64,000 nt of DNA from Candidatus Methanophaga sp. AG-394-G06 (GCA_009903405.1 PRCZ01000002.1:912-64911); one strand, 5' to 3'; counted from the first letter of the stretch, positions 28,970-39,642 are shown. A program made the numbers and translations. The notes: generated by a model from the sequence alone, not told the origin.

Positions 28970-29719
28970 ATGGGAAAACTCGTGCGAATAGTGGAAGAAG
29001 GGGATGTGGCGTATAATAATCCTATCGTGCTAGAGGGGCTGCCGGATGTGGGGTTGGTGGGCACAATTGCAGCTTCTTACGCTGTGGAGAAGATGGGCTA
29101 TAAGGAGATAGGTTATATCGAATCAGATTTGTTTCCGCCTGTTATGGTAATACACAAGGGCAAATTGAAGAGTCCTTTTAGAATATATGGCAATGAAAGC
29201 GTAGTAATAGTGTTATCAGAAGTTGCGATACCGCCAAATGCTATTTATCCGTTGACTGAGGCTTTGGCCGATTGGTTCAAGGCTATTAACGCTAAACTCG
29301 TTATCTCGATAACCGGGCTGCCCGCGAAGGATAGGATGGATATAGAGAAGCCGGAAGTGTTTGCCATTGGTAACAACGAAGATGCGATGAAGAAGCTGGA
29401 GGCTAAGCAGGTGGATCTACTGGAGGAGGGGTTTATCGCTGGGACTTACGCAATAATGCAACGGGAATGCAGCAAGAAGGATTTGAGTGCTATTTCCTTG
29501 CTTGCTCAGTGCTACCCCGTATATCCCGACCCAGGTGCGGCAGCATCGGTAATAGAAGCCCTTGAGAAATTCTTAGAATTAGGCATAGATGTGGCGGAGT
29601 TAAATGAACGTGCAGAGGAAATAAAACTAAAAGCTCGAGACCTTATGCGTCAAACAGCACTCTCTGCTCCAGAGATGCAAAAGGAGGTGGAGCAGGACAT
29701 ACCCTTCATGTATCAGTAA
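28970..29719 (+). CDS. PAC2-family protein (proteasome assembly chaperone-like, COG1938)
   Basis: The protein is about 250 aa, with EGLPDVGLVGTIAASY near the N-terminus. Confidence 0.55.
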   Translation: MGKLVRIVEEGDVAYNNPIVLEGLPDVGLVGTIAASYAVEKMGYKEIGYIESDLFPPVMVIHKGKLKSPFRIYGNESVVIVLSEVAIPPNAIYPLTEALADWFKAINAKLVISITGLPAKDRMDIEKPEVFAIGNNEDAMKKLEAKQVDLLEEGFIAGTYAIMQRECSKKDLSAISLLAQCYPVYPDPGAAASVIEALEKFLELGIDVAELNERAEEIKLKARDLMRQTALSAPEMQKEVEQDIPFMYQ

Positions 29720-29791
29720 GTAAGTAAGTAATAAAAATTTAGTAACAATAAAACGTTATAATGTTATGGGCGGTGGGAGAAAGGTACAGAC

Positions 29792-30157
29792 ATGGAGATA
29801 GAAAGAGGGGTAATAAAGGCGATGTGGGGATGTGAAGGCAATTTAGAGCCATTATACGATGTAGAAGATAAAGGGTCTGAGATACTTGTTACTTTTGACT
29901 TGCCTCGAGTGAAGAAAGAAGACGTAGAAATAAATACAACAGAGGATACCGTAGAGGTAATAGCGAAGATGAGCAATAGCGTTTGCTGGGAGCGGTGGGG
30001 TGGTATCCAGAAGCGAATAACATTTCAGGCATTCAAGAAGCAGATACGGTTTCCGGTGCACATAGAACCGGAAAAAGCAACTGCTTCGTTCAAAAACGGA
30101 ATACTTAGAATCAATTTACCTAAAATGAGAAGAGCCGTATTGATAGGCATAGATTAA
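29792..30157 (+). CDS. Small heat shock protein (Hsp20/alpha-crystallin family)
   Basis: The alpha-crystallin domain is indicated by EILVTFDLPRVKKEDVEIN...NGILRINLPK. Confidence 0.8.
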   Translation: MEIERGVIKAMWGCEGNLEPLYDVEDKGSEILVTFDLPRVKKEDVEINTTEDTVEVIAKMSNSVCWERWGGIQKRITFQAFKKQIRFPVHIEPEKATASFKNGILRINLPKMRRAVLIGID

Positions 30158-30205
30158 AACTTTTGTGTTGTATAATAACGTACAACTTCCACCTATTTAA
30201 TTTAG

Positions 30206-30251
30206 GACGCAGATTTACACAGATTTAATTTCTTCTGTGTTAATCTGTGTC
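30206..30251. repeat. Inverted repeat of the ACGCAGATTTACACAGATTTAA / TTAATCTGTGTC family
   Basis: The unit is the same as at 3254-3347. It lies between convergent genes. Confidence 0.55.
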
Positions 30252-30309
30252 AATAATTAATTTTGGTTGGCTATTATGCTTTCTTGTGAGTACACCGAAT
30301 AATAGACAG

Positions 30310-31140
30310 CTAAACCACATTCATAGAAAAGCCTAACCACCTCGCAGAATGAGTGATCATGCCAATTGAGATGACGTCAACGCCCGTAGAAGCGAATTCT
30401 TTTATGTTATCCATGTCCATCCCACCAGAAGCCTCCACAATCACCCTATCACGAACTGCTCGCTCATTCAGCAACTTTACGCACGTCCGTACTTCTGCTG
30501 CCGACATGTTATCCAGCATAATTATGTCAACATCCAATTCCGCTACGCTTAGTGCATCCTCTACACTCTCAACCTCCACTTCGATTTTTCTTGTAAAACT
30601 GACCTTCTCTTTTGCCCGTTTTACAGCGCTCTCCATCCCCATCAGCTTTATATGATTGTCTTTTATTATTACCGCTTCGTATAATCCGAATCTATGCGGG
30701 TCGCCGCCGCCGATAGTTATTGCTTTCTTTTCGTATTTTCTGAATCCAGGTGTCGTTTTCCTCGTTCCTGCAACCAAAACACGCTCGTTTACCGCTCTTA
30801 CCTCATTTACACATCTATCCGTTAAAGTTGCAACACCACTCATCCGGCCCAAGAAATTAAGCACTAGTCTTTCCGCCTTCAATATCTTCGCACCCGCGCC
30901 TCTAATAGTCAAAATAATATCGCCACTTTTTACTCTAGCCCCATCTTCAAATTCGGTGGAGTACTGAACACCTAAGTAGTCAAATATCTGTTTCACATCC
31001 TCTAAACCCGCAAGGACACCTTCTTCATTCACCTGTATCTCAGATTTACAAGAGGTATATGGTACTATCTCTTCGTAATCCTCATGCCCTATATCTTCTT
31101 CTAAAAAAGCCTCTATCTCTTTCAGCAGCATTTGTAACAA
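30310..31140 (-). CDS. nadC: Nicotinate-nucleotide pyrophosphorylase (quinolinate PRTase)
   Basis: The type II PRTase fold is indicated by RKTTPGFRK, LDNM and GGMD. Confidence 0.9.
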   Translation of the reverse strand: MLQMLLKEIEAFLEEDIGHEDYEEIVPYTSCKSEIQVNEEGVLAGLEDVKQIFDYLGVQYSTEFEDGARVKSGDIILTIRGAGAKILKAERLVLNFLGRMSGVATLTDRCVNEVRAVNERVLVAGTRKTTPGFRKYEKKAITIGGGDPHRFGLYEAVIIKDNHIKLMGMESAVKRAKEKVSFTRKIEVEVESVEDALSVAELDVDIIMLDNMSAAEVRTCVKLLNERAVRDRVIVEASGGMDMDNIKEFASTGVDVISIGMITHSARWLGFSMNVV

Positions 31141-31208
31141 AAATTTTCCTTCTTTATAAATAAAGAAAGTTACATTTTTAGTAAAGGTTTTCGGTTACAA
31201 AAAAGTTT

Positions 31209-32060
31209 ATGGTGAAAATAAGAGTAGGTGTAGTCGGTTGCGGTTCGATAGGAAGCGAGATATGCAAGGCGATTGACAGCGATGAAGCTAATGGGCTAGA
31301 CTTGGGGATGGAACTGAAATTTTTAATAGATACGAATCAGGCAAATATAGAGCGGTTATGCAAAAGCCTGACGAAGACGCCCGATATACTAAAATATGAT
31401 AACACGGGATTGGATAGCGTTTTAGATACTGTTGACTTAGTAATAGAATGTGCATCGCAGGCTGCGGTTCGTGAATTTATAATCCCTGCATTGAAAAAGG
31501 GTAAAGAAGTGATGCTATTAAGCGTTGGCGCACTGCTATGCGAGCCAGGCCTTTTTGAAGAGATCCAAAGGATAGCAAAGGAGAAGGGATGTAAAGTGTA
31601 TATCCCGTCAGGCGCCGTAGCGGGTATAGATGGGCTAAAATCCGGTGCTATTGGTGGGATACACAAAGTGGAATTGACGACAAAAAAGCCACCATCGGGA
31701 TTTGAAGGCAATAGATATGTGAAGGGGCAGGGAATAGACCTGTCATCAATAAAGAAAGCGGAAACATTGTTCATGGGCCATGCGAAGGAAGCGGTAAAAT
31801 ATTTCCCTGAGAACGTGAACGTAGCAGCTTCTTTGAGTATTGCTGGGATAGGCTCCGAGGCAACGAAAGTGAAAATAGTTGCTGACCCATCTGCGAAGAA
31901 GAATGTGCATGAGATTGTGGTAACGGGCGAATTCGGTAAATTTTTCGTCTGTATAGAGAATGTGCCTTCAATTGCAAATCCAAAGACGAGCTATTTAGCT
32001 GCTCTTTCTGCTATTGCTACTCTTAAGAGCATATCCTATCCAATAAGGGTTGGGACATAA
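31209..32060 (+). CDS. nadX: L-aspartate dehydrogenase
   Basis: The Rossmann N-terminus reads MVKIRVGVVGCGSIGSEICKAI. The gene is adjacent to nadC. Confidence 0.8.
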   Translation: MVKIRVGVVGCGSIGSEICKAIDSDEANGLDLGMELKFLIDTNQANIERLCKSLTKTPDILKYDNTGLDSVLDTVDLVIECASQAAVREFIIPALKKGKEVMLLSVGALLCEPGLFEEIQRIAKEKGCKVYIPSGAVAGIDGLKSGAIGGIHKVELTTKKPPSGFEGNRYVKGQGIDLSSIKKAETLFMGHAKEAVKYFPENVNVAASLSIAGIGSEATKVKIVADPSAKKNVHEIVVTGEFGKFFVCIENVPSIANPKTSYLAALSAIATLKSISYPIRVGT

Positions 32061-32062
32061 AA

Positions 32063-33346
32063 ATGAATCAGAAGGAACTGATGAAGAGATTTTTGGACTT
32101 AGAAGACGAGGAAGAAGTGATAGTCGAAGCATGGTCTCTTTTTATCGCGGTACAAAAGGTGTTTAGAGACGCAGAAGCGGGTATTATAAGCAAAAGGGAA
32201 CGCGATAAAGTGCAGAGGGATTTTATCAAGCATATGCGAAAGAATAAGCTGGGGATGCAGGACGAGGAGGATAAGCTGAAAGCACATGAGGTGGCCATAA
32301 TCAAAGAAGGCATGGCTAAAAACGAGATAACACCTTTAAGCATCTTCGACATCTGGCTTATAGCGGATTTTAAAGATGTCTGCGCTGCGTATGTGGCAGA
32401 CGATCTGAGTAGCGTAGAAGGCGTTCCTGATAGGATGATAGAGTTCTTGGAAGATCCTTCTGTTGATGGACGAATGAAGGAGCGATTGATAGAAAAAGAC
32501 ATAGCGAAGGGTGAAAAACTTCTGAAAACGGTTATTGACGATATCCCTACGGATGTGAACGCCCATTTATTACTCGTTGAGCTTTACGATAGGGAAGAGC
32601 GACATGTAGAAGCAGAAGCGGAATACAAACGATTTCTAAGTGAGACAGACGATGAAGTCGTGTGGGCGAATTATGGTCACTTCCTGGAGAAGAGAGAGAG
32701 ATATGATGAATCTCTTGATGCGTTCAAAAATAGTTTGGCAGGTTGCGAGCGTGCAGGGAAAGAAGAGTACCGTGGGTTTTTGGATGCGGTGAAGGACTCT
32801 ATAGATCGAGTGGAGCGAGTGAAGAACTTAGAGGGCGAGGCAGCGATAAAAGCGCGAGAATATCACGAGGCAGAGTGGTTGATAGAGGATATAAGAGAAT
32901 TCACAGAGAAAAGATTTGAAAAAGAGTTAGCAAAAGCGGAGGCAGAATACAAAGAGGAGCGGGATCTGAAAGCGATTATGCTAGAAGATGCTTTCGATTT
33001 CATAAACTGGTTTGTGTTCAACAGAAAGCTTAAGGATGGTAAGACCCCGGGACTGGTATATGCAGAGGAGAACGGGCTTAGCAGTGACATAATGGCACGG
33101 ATAGAAGGGCTTGGTAACACCGTAGCAGGCAATTTTGAGGTTGTCGGTGTGGATCGTGCAGCCTTTAAACTTATGGTTAAAAACATGACAACAGACGTGG
33201 AATACACGTTGATGGGCAATGTTCCCGAGCTAATAGAGGGGCAAACGTTTGTTGGTAAGATATATCCCTGGGTGGATTTCTATCTTACCGGCGGTGGTTT
33301 GAAGGTACAAGATGAAGAATCAAGTCAGAGTATAAATAAAGAATAA
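32063..33346 (+). CDS. Hypothetical protein (427 aa, acidic, helical)
   Basis: This is a long ORF with good coding character. No catalytic motif was recognised. Confidence 0.5.
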   Translation: MNQKELMKRFLDLEDEEEVIVEAWSLFIAVQKVFRDAEAGIISKRERDKVQRDFIKHMRKNKLGMQDEEDKLKAHEVAIIKEGMAKNEITPLSIFDIWLIADFKDVCAAYVADDLSSVEGVPDRMIEFLEDPSVDGRMKERLIEKDIAKGEKLLKTVIDDIPTDVNAHLLLVELYDREERHVEAEAEYKRFLSETDDEVVWANYGHFLEKRERYDESLDAFKNSLAGCERAGKEEYRGFLDAVKDSIDRVERVKNLEGEAAIKAREYHEAEWLIEDIREFTEKRFEKELAKAEAEYKEERDLKAIMLEDAFDFINWFVFNRKLKDGKTPGLVYAEENGLSSDIMARIEGLGNTVAGNFEVVGVDRAAFKLMVKNMTTDVEYTLMGNVPELIEGQTFVGKIYPWVDFYLTGGGLKVQDEESSQSINKE

Positions 33347-33369
33347 TATACAGAACCTTCTGTAAGGAC

Positions 33370-34983
33370 ATGCCAGTAATAAAACTATATAATGCGGATT
33401 TGGAAAATCTGACCGGAGTGAGCATAGAACGGATAAAGGAGCGGCTGCCGTTACTGTGCGCAGACGTAGAGCGAATAGAGTCTGATAGTCTGGACGTGGA
33501 GTTCTTTCCAAATAGACCTGATCTGTTCAGTGTAGAGGGTGTCGCCCGTACTATGAAACAATTTCTGGACATCAAACCGGGCTTGGCAACGTATAATGTG
33601 GATAAATCGGGAATAGAAATGGTCGTGGAGACTTCCGTGCTGGAAGTGCGACCGTATATTGTTTGCGGAGTAGTCAGGGACTTGCATTTCAATTCGAGTA
33701 CAATAGAATCGTTAATGCTCTTACAAGAGCATTTACATCGCGGTATAGGCAGAAACAGGGCTAAAGTTTCGGTGGGGGTGCATGACCTGGGGAAGGTGAA
33801 ACCACCGTTTCGGTATCTTGCCGTTGACCCAGGGTTCTCTTTCGTTCCGCTCGACTACGAGGAAGAGATGAGCATGGCCGAGATTTTAGAGCGGCATCCA
33901 AAAGGAGTTGCATATAAGTATATTCTCGAAGATAAGACAAATTATCCCTTGATTCTGGATTCCCGAGGTGGTGTTATCTCTTTTCCTCCTATTATCAATG
34001 CAGAGCGGACGAGGGTAACCGAATCCACAACGGATATATTTTTAGATGTTACCGGCTTGGACGACAATGTTTCAGTAGCACTTAATATAATCGCCTGTGC
34101 GCTTGCAGAGCGAGGCGGGCAGTTACAATCGGTGGTTCTTCGTTATCCTGATGCTGAAATAGAGACGCCTTCTTTAGCACCAAAAACGATGGAGACCTCT
34201 GTGGCAGATGTCAATTCGCTTACAGGTTTAGAGTTAAGTGCAGAGGACTGCAAGAAGTGCTGCGAGCGGATGGGACTCAGTGCGAAGCTAAAACCGGATG
34301 GTCTGTTAGATGTGATAATACCTGCTTATCGGTCTGATGTACTCCATCCATGGGACGTAATCGAGGACATCGCTATCGGTTATGGCTATGACAGGATAAA
34401 GCCAGAGATTCCCGGCACGATGGTTATAGGGGAAGTGCACCCAATAGAGGATAAGAAGCGACAGGTAAGGGAAATAATGACTGGCTTGGGCTATTTTGAG
34501 GTGCTAACGTTCACGCTGACCTCAGAGCGGAAACAATTTGAGCTGATGCGACGAAAGAGGCATGAAGAAGAAGTAAAGGTAGCATCGCCGATAAGCACAG
34601 AGCATACAATGCTTAGAAGTACAATTATGCCGAATTTGCTCGATATACTTGCGCTAAACCAGCATCGTGATTTGCCACAGCGTATTTTTGAGGTTGGACC
34701 GGTGGTATTAAACATAAAGGAAAAGTACCGGCTTGCTGCTGTTTCAACACATACAAATGCAAACTTCGCTGAGGTTAGATCGGTAGTGGATTCCGTGCTC
34801 AAGGAGATGTATATGGACGAAGTGGAATTGTCGGAGTCGGAGGATGGTGCTTTTTTAGCGGGTAGAAGGGCAGATATAAAAGTGGACGGCAAGCCTATAG
34901 GCGTTTTTGGCGAACTGCATCCCGCAGTAATCCTTAATTTTGGACTTGATCATCCAGTGGTGGGGTTTGAAGTGGGGGTGTGA
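33370..34983 (+). CDS. pheT: Phenylalanine--tRNA ligase beta subunit (archaeal PheT)
   Basis: The protein is 537 aa. The N-terminal B3/B4-type domains are indicated by FFPNRPDLFSVEGVAR, and the class II-like C-terminal core by GLELSAEDCKKCCERMGL. Confidence 0.9.
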   Translation: MPVIKLYNADLENLTGVSIERIKERLPLLCADVERIESDSLDVEFFPNRPDLFSVEGVARTMKQFLDIKPGLATYNVDKSGIEMVVETSVLEVRPYIVCGVVRDLHFNSSTIESLMLLQEHLHRGIGRNRAKVSVGVHDLGKVKPPFRYLAVDPGFSFVPLDYEEEMSMAEILERHPKGVAYKYILEDKTNYPLILDSRGGVISFPPIINAERTRVTESTTDIFLDVTGLDDNVSVALNIIACALAERGGQLQSVVLRYPDAEIETPSLAPKTMETSVADVNSLTGLELSAEDCKKCCERMGLSAKLKPDGLLDVIIPAYRSDVLHPWDVIEDIAIGYGYDRIKPEIPGTMVIGEVHPIEDKKRQVREIMTGLGYFEVLTFTLTSERKQFELMRRKRHEEEVKVASPISTEHTMLRSTIMPNLLDILALNQHRDLPQRIFEVGPVVLNIKEKYRLAAVSTHTNANFAEVRSVVDSVLKEMYMDEVELSESEDGAFLAGRRADIKVDGKPIGVFGELHPAVILNFGLDHPVVGFEVGV

Positions 34984-34992
34984 GAGACAAGG

Positions 34993-35017
34993 CAAAATGC
35001 AAAATGCAAAATGCAAA
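34993..35017. repeat. (AAAATGC)n heptanucleotide tandem repeat (3.5 units)
   Basis: The sequence is caaaatgcaaaatgcaaaatgcaaag. The reverse complement, ctttgcattttgcattg, recurs at 37431-37447. Confidence 0.7.
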
Positions 35018-35093
35018 GTTCAACGGATTGTGATAACGAGTCTTTTAAAATCAAATAGGCGCTACTCCCTTCTTATTTTATATTTTGCATTCT

Positions 35094-35115
35094 AAATCTG
35101 TGTAATCCTGTGGTT
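35094..35115. repeat. AAATCTGTGTAATCCTGTGGTT motif immediately upstream of the ATG at 35120
   Basis: It joins the two intergenic motif families (ATCTGTGT and GTGTAATC..GTGGTT). Confidence 0.5.
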
Positions 35116-35119
35116 AGAA

Positions 35120-36508
35120 ATGGCGATACAGATAAGAAATGGGACGGTTTACGACCCTGCGAATGGGATAGAAGGCGAAAAGATGGATATTTTCGTTGAT
35201 GATGGCAAGATCGTAGACGAAATAAAGCCGGATGTGATAATAGATGCTACGGACAAAACGGTAATGGCAAGCGGGATAGATGTGCACAGTCATGTGGCAA
35301 CTTATGGCTTGAACTTAGCGCGATTTACGTTTGGCTTTCCCACTGTGGGTGAGATAGGGGATGCATATGCCCTGATGGGGTATACGCATGTGAACGAGCC
35401 GTTAATGACCTTGAATACCGCGAGTTACGTGCATCACGAACTCAGCAGTATACCCTTGGTGGACACATCAGCACTCATTGTTCTAAGCTTGTATGATATA
35501 GATAAAGAGATAAGAGAAGGAGATAAGGCAAGTGTGAAAAGAGCCCTGCCACTTCTTTTGGACCTCACTAAGTCCATAGGCATAAAAATATACGATGTAC
35601 GGGTTCGATATGCAAAGAAAGGGTTCTTTTATCGTGATATAGACGTTACGAAATGCTTGAAATTCTTTTATGAGCTAGTCGAGGAGCCGAAGATTCTGTT
35701 GAGGACATATCCGGAGTTGTTGGACGAAGATACGAGTGTTTTACGTGGCTTCTGCATGGCTCATATCGGCTCGGGCATAGAAGATGACGCGCGATACGAA
35801 GCGGCGATAGAGATATTAAATAAGGGTGGCGCTGTTGATCTCGGCATTGTTAGTCCGTATCAGGATGAAGCTGTAAATATGCGGATTGGCTATAGGGCAG
35901 CAACAGAAAAGTTCGTGAGCATGGATATCGGGTTAGAGCAGCCGTTGATAATTTCTGAAGTAGACGAGAAGAGAGAAGGGAATAATAAGTCACTGAGATT
36001 TGCATTGGACGCATTAGAATATCTACCGTCTTCCAACATCTCCTTTTCTACCGATAGCCCCAGCGGGTGTTTGTTTTCTTCGTATCCTAAGCTATTCGCG
36101 TGGCTGCTGAGTCGCGGTAATAGAAAAGAGCAGATGCCAGATGTTGAGTATTCGTTATACGAACTTGCCGAGATAACGAGGACTAATCCGGCACGGCAGC
36201 TTGGGTTAGAGAATAAAGGGCATTTGGGTATTGGTGCGGATGCGGATATTGCGATATATGACATGGATGAAAATACAGATGGAAGAGAGTTAGAGAAGCG
36301 GCTGGGTAATTGCTCGTTCCTTTTGAAAGATGGAGAAGCGATAATAAGAGAAGGGAAGTTGAATAAAGAAAGAGCGAGAAAAGAGACGTTTTTTTTTGTG
36401 CCGGAAGTAAAAGAAAAGGCATACAAAAGTGAACTGATAGAGCGTATATGCAATAGGAGGTCGTTTAGGGCTGAGCATCTAAGGGTGGATGAATGTTTTT
36501 TGCACTAA
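35120..36508 (+). CDS. FwdA-like amidohydrolase (formylmethanofuran dehydrogenase subunit A family)
   Basis: The N-terminal IRNGTVYDPANGIEGEKMDIFVDDGKIV, HSH, the TDSPSG..SSYPKLFAWLLS region and GIGADADIAIYD resemble FwdA. At 462 aa it is shorter than canonical FwdA. Confidence 0.55.
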   Translation: MAIQIRNGTVYDPANGIEGEKMDIFVDDGKIVDEIKPDVIIDATDKTVMASGIDVHSHVATYGLNLARFTFGFPTVGEIGDAYALMGYTHVNEPLMTLNTASYVHHELSSIPLVDTSALIVLSLYDIDKEIREGDKASVKRALPLLLDLTKSIGIKIYDVRVRYAKKGFFYRDIDVTKCLKFFYELVEEPKILLRTYPELLDEDTSVLRGFCMAHIGSGIEDDARYEAAIEILNKGGAVDLGIVSPYQDEAVNMRIGYRAATEKFVSMDIGLEQPLIISEVDEKREGNNKSLRFALDALEYLPSSNISFSTDSPSGCLFSSYPKLFAWLLSRGNRKEQMPDVEYSLYELAEITRTNPARQLGLENKGHLGIGADADIAIYDMDENTDGRELEKRLGNCSFLLKDGEAIIREGKLNKERARKETFFFVPEVKEKAYKSELIERICNRRSFRAEHLRVDECFLH

Positions 36509-36547
36509 AGCACGACGATTATATGATTTGAGCAGTTCCTTACTAAT

Positions 36548-37390
36548 ATGTCTAAAATCATGACTGAAAATTTAATCTCCAATCAGGACCAGGATTTTGA
36601 AGTTCTAAAATGCCAGATACTTAAAGATAAAGGATTTGATTGCAACCAATACAGGGATACGTATATAAAAAGAAGACTTGCCATTCGGTTAAGAGCGAAC
36701 AACTTGCATTCATACAGGGATTATGCAGAGCTTCTGAATAGTGACCCTATGGAATACAATGAACTGATGGCAGCATTCACGATAACCGTTTCCGAGTTCT
36801 TTCGCGACACTTCGGTTTTTGACTATTTCAGAAAAAACGTTATACCCTCACTTATAGAGGACAAGCGGAAGAAGAAGCAGAAGATAATACGGATTTGGAG
36901 TGCCGGGTGTGCATCTGGAGAGGAAACGTATTCTATCGCAATTTTGATGTACGATTTTTTAGGTGCAACCCCCGAAAACTTCATTATTTCTATTCATGGC
37001 ACGGATATTAACGGTGATAGCATAGCAAAAGCGAAGAAAGGCGAATATACTTTTGAAGAGGTCAAGAATGTTGGGGCAGATTCTTTGTCACAGTATTTCG
37101 TTTTTGATCAGGGGAAATATAGGGTCAGTGATAAGATAAAAGAGCTTGTGAAATTTGAAAAGCATGATTTGATTTCCGGTAAGCCACTTGCGCATTTTGA
37201 TGTAATCTTTTGTAGGAACGTGTCCATATTTTTTTCAAATGCTATGCATGAAAGGCTGCACATGGAGTTCTGCAATGCTTTGAATAATGATGGCTTTTTC
37301 GTTTTGGGAAAGACAGAGATGCTATATGGTACTGCAAGGAAATTGTTTAAGCATGTCAATGCGAAGGAGGGAATATATCAGAAAATGTAA
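36548..37390 (+). CDS. cheR: Chemotaxis protein methyltransferase CheR
   Basis: The sequences TEFFRD, RIWSAGCASGEE.YS and DVIFCRNV are present. Confidence 0.85.
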   Translation: MSKIMTENLISNQDQDFEVLKCQILKDKGFDCNQYRDTYIKRRLAIRLRANNLHSYRDYAELLNSDPMEYNELMAAFTITVSEFFRDTSVFDYFRKNVIPSLIEDKRKKKQKIIRIWSAGCASGEETYSIAILMYDFLGATPENFIISIHGTDINGDSIAKAKKGEYTFEEVKNVGADSLSQYFVFDQGKYRVSDKIKELVKFEKHDLISGKPLAHFDVIFCRNVSIFFSNAMHERLHMEFCNALNNDGFFVLGKTEMLYGTARKLFKHVNAKEGIYQKM

Positions 37391-37450
37391 AAACGCAAGA
37401 TATACGATAGGGATATTGAACTTTGACTTTTGCTCTTTGCATTTTGCATT

Positions 37451-37483
37451 GTCTGCTTAAAAATAGGTGGATTTTTAAGCAGA
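37451..37483. terminator. Perfect 12-bp stem hairpin between the convergent cheR and cheA genes (candidate bidirectional terminator)
   Basis: The sequence is gtctgcttaaaa-ataggtgga-ttttaagcagac. Confidence 0.5.
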
Positions 37484-39049
37484 CACCAACCCACCCACAT
37501 CCAAGATGAGTGCAACCGTGCCATCACCGAGTATTGTAGCACCAGCAAACTCTGTCCTACCTTTGAATCTTAATGGCTTGACTACTATCTCCTGTTGACC
37601 TATGAGTCTACCAACCATAAGCCCAAAGAATTTTTCGGCTCTTTCCACTACCACCACAGGACCTATACGATCTTTGTCCCCTGGTACGTCCAAGAGGTTT
37701 TTCAGTCTCAAGAGTGGCAGAACCCGTTCTCTATACCTAAATATCTCTTTTCCTTCAACACTTTTCAAATCCGTTTCACCAACTGCTACTATTTCACGGA
37801 TTGAATCTAATGGGATGGCATATCTTTCGTCTTCCACACCAACGAGTAATGCTTTAATAATAGCGATAGTCAAAGGCAGATGCAATTCAACGTTTGTACC
37901 TCTGCCTTTTTCTGATTTTATTCTTACGCTTCCACCCAGTGATTTGACCTTTGATGTAACAACATCAAAACCGACACCTCTGCCTGAAATATCAGTGATT
38001 TCTCTCGCCGTGCTCAGCCCGGGCTCACTCAGAAGTTCATAAACATCTGCGTCATTCATGCTCGATGCCTCCTCCTGGGTTATGATTTTCCTTTCCACTG
38101 CTATCTTTTTGAGTTCTTCTATAACTATTCCTCTGCCATCATCTTCAACGGATACAACAACATGGTTCCCTTCTCTTATTGCACTCAATATAACCTTTCC
38201 TTTATCCGTCTTACCAGCCTTCTTTCTATCTTCTGGTTTCTCTATCCCATGATCTACCGCATTACGCAACAGATGCAGTACTGCATCATTTATCTCATCA
38301 AGCACAAGACGATCAAGTTCTATCTCCTTACCAGATACAATAAAATCCAGTTCCTTTCCTGTTTTCTTGCTTAAATCTCGTACTGCTCTTGGAAACTTGT
38401 CAAATAGGTATCCAACAGGGAACATGCGCATCTGCATTACCCGGTCCTGCAATTCTGATGTGCGCCGGTCTATTGTGGCAGTTATCTCATTGAGTTCATG
38501 GCTGGCATATTTTGATGCGATCTGTAGTAGGCTCATCTTTGCTATCGCTAATTCCTCTACAAGATTCTGCAATGCCTGTATCTTTTCTATACTTATCCGT
38601 ATTGATGGACTAACTCTCCCGGCAACCACTCCTTCCGCTGTAACGGTTGGTCGTTCAACATCTTCTTTCTTCTCCGCTGGAATATTTTTCAGTTTTTTAT
38701 GCAATGCAGTAAAATCAAGTTTTACCGTTTTCCCGGTTGCCACACTTTCGACAAGTGTCTCAAGCCCGTCAAGGGATTCGAGCAGAAGATCAACTGTTCC
38801 TTCTTCTGGTTCTCCCCCTTTCCTCAGGACATCAAGCACATTCTCCATCTCATGCGATAGCTCTTCCATATCGGGAAATCCCATTGTGGCTGCCATGCTT
38901 TTCAGTGTGTGTACCGCCCGGAACGTTTCATTTAATGCGTCTGTGTTATCTGATTCTTTCTCCAACGTTAGCAGATTTCTACTTATGCATTGCAGATGCT
39001 CTCTTGACTCGTCTACGAACAGTTCCTTATATTGTGATACGTCAACCAT
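37475..39049 (-). CDS. cheA: Chemotaxis histidine kinase CheA
   Basis: The HPt site is HTLKSMAATMGF. A dimerisation domain, the HATPase (LLRNAVDHGIE, DDGRGI, GRGVGFD) and a CheW-like C-terminus are present. Confidence 0.9.
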   Translation of the reverse strand: MVDVSQYKELFVDESREHLQCISRNLLTLEKESDNTDALNETFRAVHTLKSMAATMGFPDMEELSHEMENVLDVLRKGGEPEEGTVDLLLESLDGLETLVESVATGKTVKLDFTALHKKLKNIPAEKKEDVERPTVTAEGVVAGRVSPSIRISIEKIQALQNLVEELAIAKMSLLQIASKYASHELNEITATIDRRTSELQDRVMQMRMFPVGYLFDKFPRAVRDLSKKTGKELDFIVSGKEIELDRLVLDEINDAVLHLLRNAVDHGIEKPEDRKKAGKTDKGKVILSAIREGNHVVVSVEDDGRGIVIEELKKIAVERKIITQEEASSMNDADVYELLSEPGLSTAREITDISGRGVGFDVVTSKVKSLGGSVRIKSEKGRGTNVELHLPLTIAIIKALLVGVEDERYAIPLDSIREIVAVGETDLKSVEGKEIFRYRERVLPLLRLKNLLDVPGDKDRIGPVVVVERAEKFFGLMVGRLIGQQEIVVKPLRFKGRTEFAGATILGDGTVALILDVGGLVSA

Positions 39050-39111
39050 TAATTTATTGTAATCATCATTTAATTTATTCTTTTCCCGCTTTTTATTATC
39101 TCATTTTGTCC

Positions 39112-39264
39112 TCATTTCATTGCGCATTTCTTCGGCTGAGACGCTATTACATCATCCAGATAGCAATCCTCACACAGCTTAAGACCTCCGAACTCGTAAA
39201 CATCTCCGGATATTGGCTTGCCACATTTCTCGCATTTTATGTTTGTCTTAACGCTCTTTTCCAT
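39112..39264 (-). CDS. Zinc-finger miniprotein (50 aa)
   Basis: The sequence MEKSVKTNIKCEKCGKPISGDVYEFGGLKLCEDCYLDDV is below the ORF-track cutoff. It is co-directional with the downstream LC module. Confidence 0.4.
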   Translation of the reverse strand: MEKSVKTNIKCEKCGKPISGDVYEFGGLKLCEDCYLDDVIASQPKKCAMK

Positions 39265-39435
39265 TTTTAACGTTTAGTTATGGAACTATTCCAATCGCTC
39301 CTCGCGGGCAAGTCATCATGCAGTTAGTGCAACAGATGCCTGCCAGGCTAATAATGGCGATGATTGTTGCATAGCGCTCTAAACTAAAAAATAAAAAAAG
39401 GACAGAGTTATCTCCTCCTTTTCCTCTACCTACTT

Positions 39436-39603
39436 CTACTTGCAAAAGGCACAACTGTCATCGGAAGCGCCGATACTGCAGCTCATGCGGTTTTCAGCGT
39501 ATAGTTTTGACCCGCACTTCTGACAAACCATAATGCGTCCAAGTTCTTTGTGGTCCGCTTCCATTCTACTCCCTTCATTTCCACACAATTCGCATTTACC
39601 CAT
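39436..39603 (-). CDS. Double CxxC zinc-ribbon miniprotein (55 aa)
   Basis: The sequence reads MGKCELCGNEGS...VCQKCGSK...CAFCK. A truncated paralogue lies at 52966-53004. Confidence 0.45.
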   Translation of the reverse strand: MGKCELCGNEGSRMEADHKELGRIMVCQKCGSKLYAENRMSCSIGASDDSCAFCK

Positions 39604-39642
39604 TTTGTTCTCTTCCTGCTTCTAATTAACCCTCTCTACTCT

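Noticed and set aside
28161-35017. A CRISPR array suggested by the short tandem repeats (TAAAA)n, (AAAATGC)n and (GTAA)n
   Set aside because: The units are 4-7 bp with no spacers. These are microsatellites, not repeats of 24-50 bp with unique spacers. No cas genes are present.
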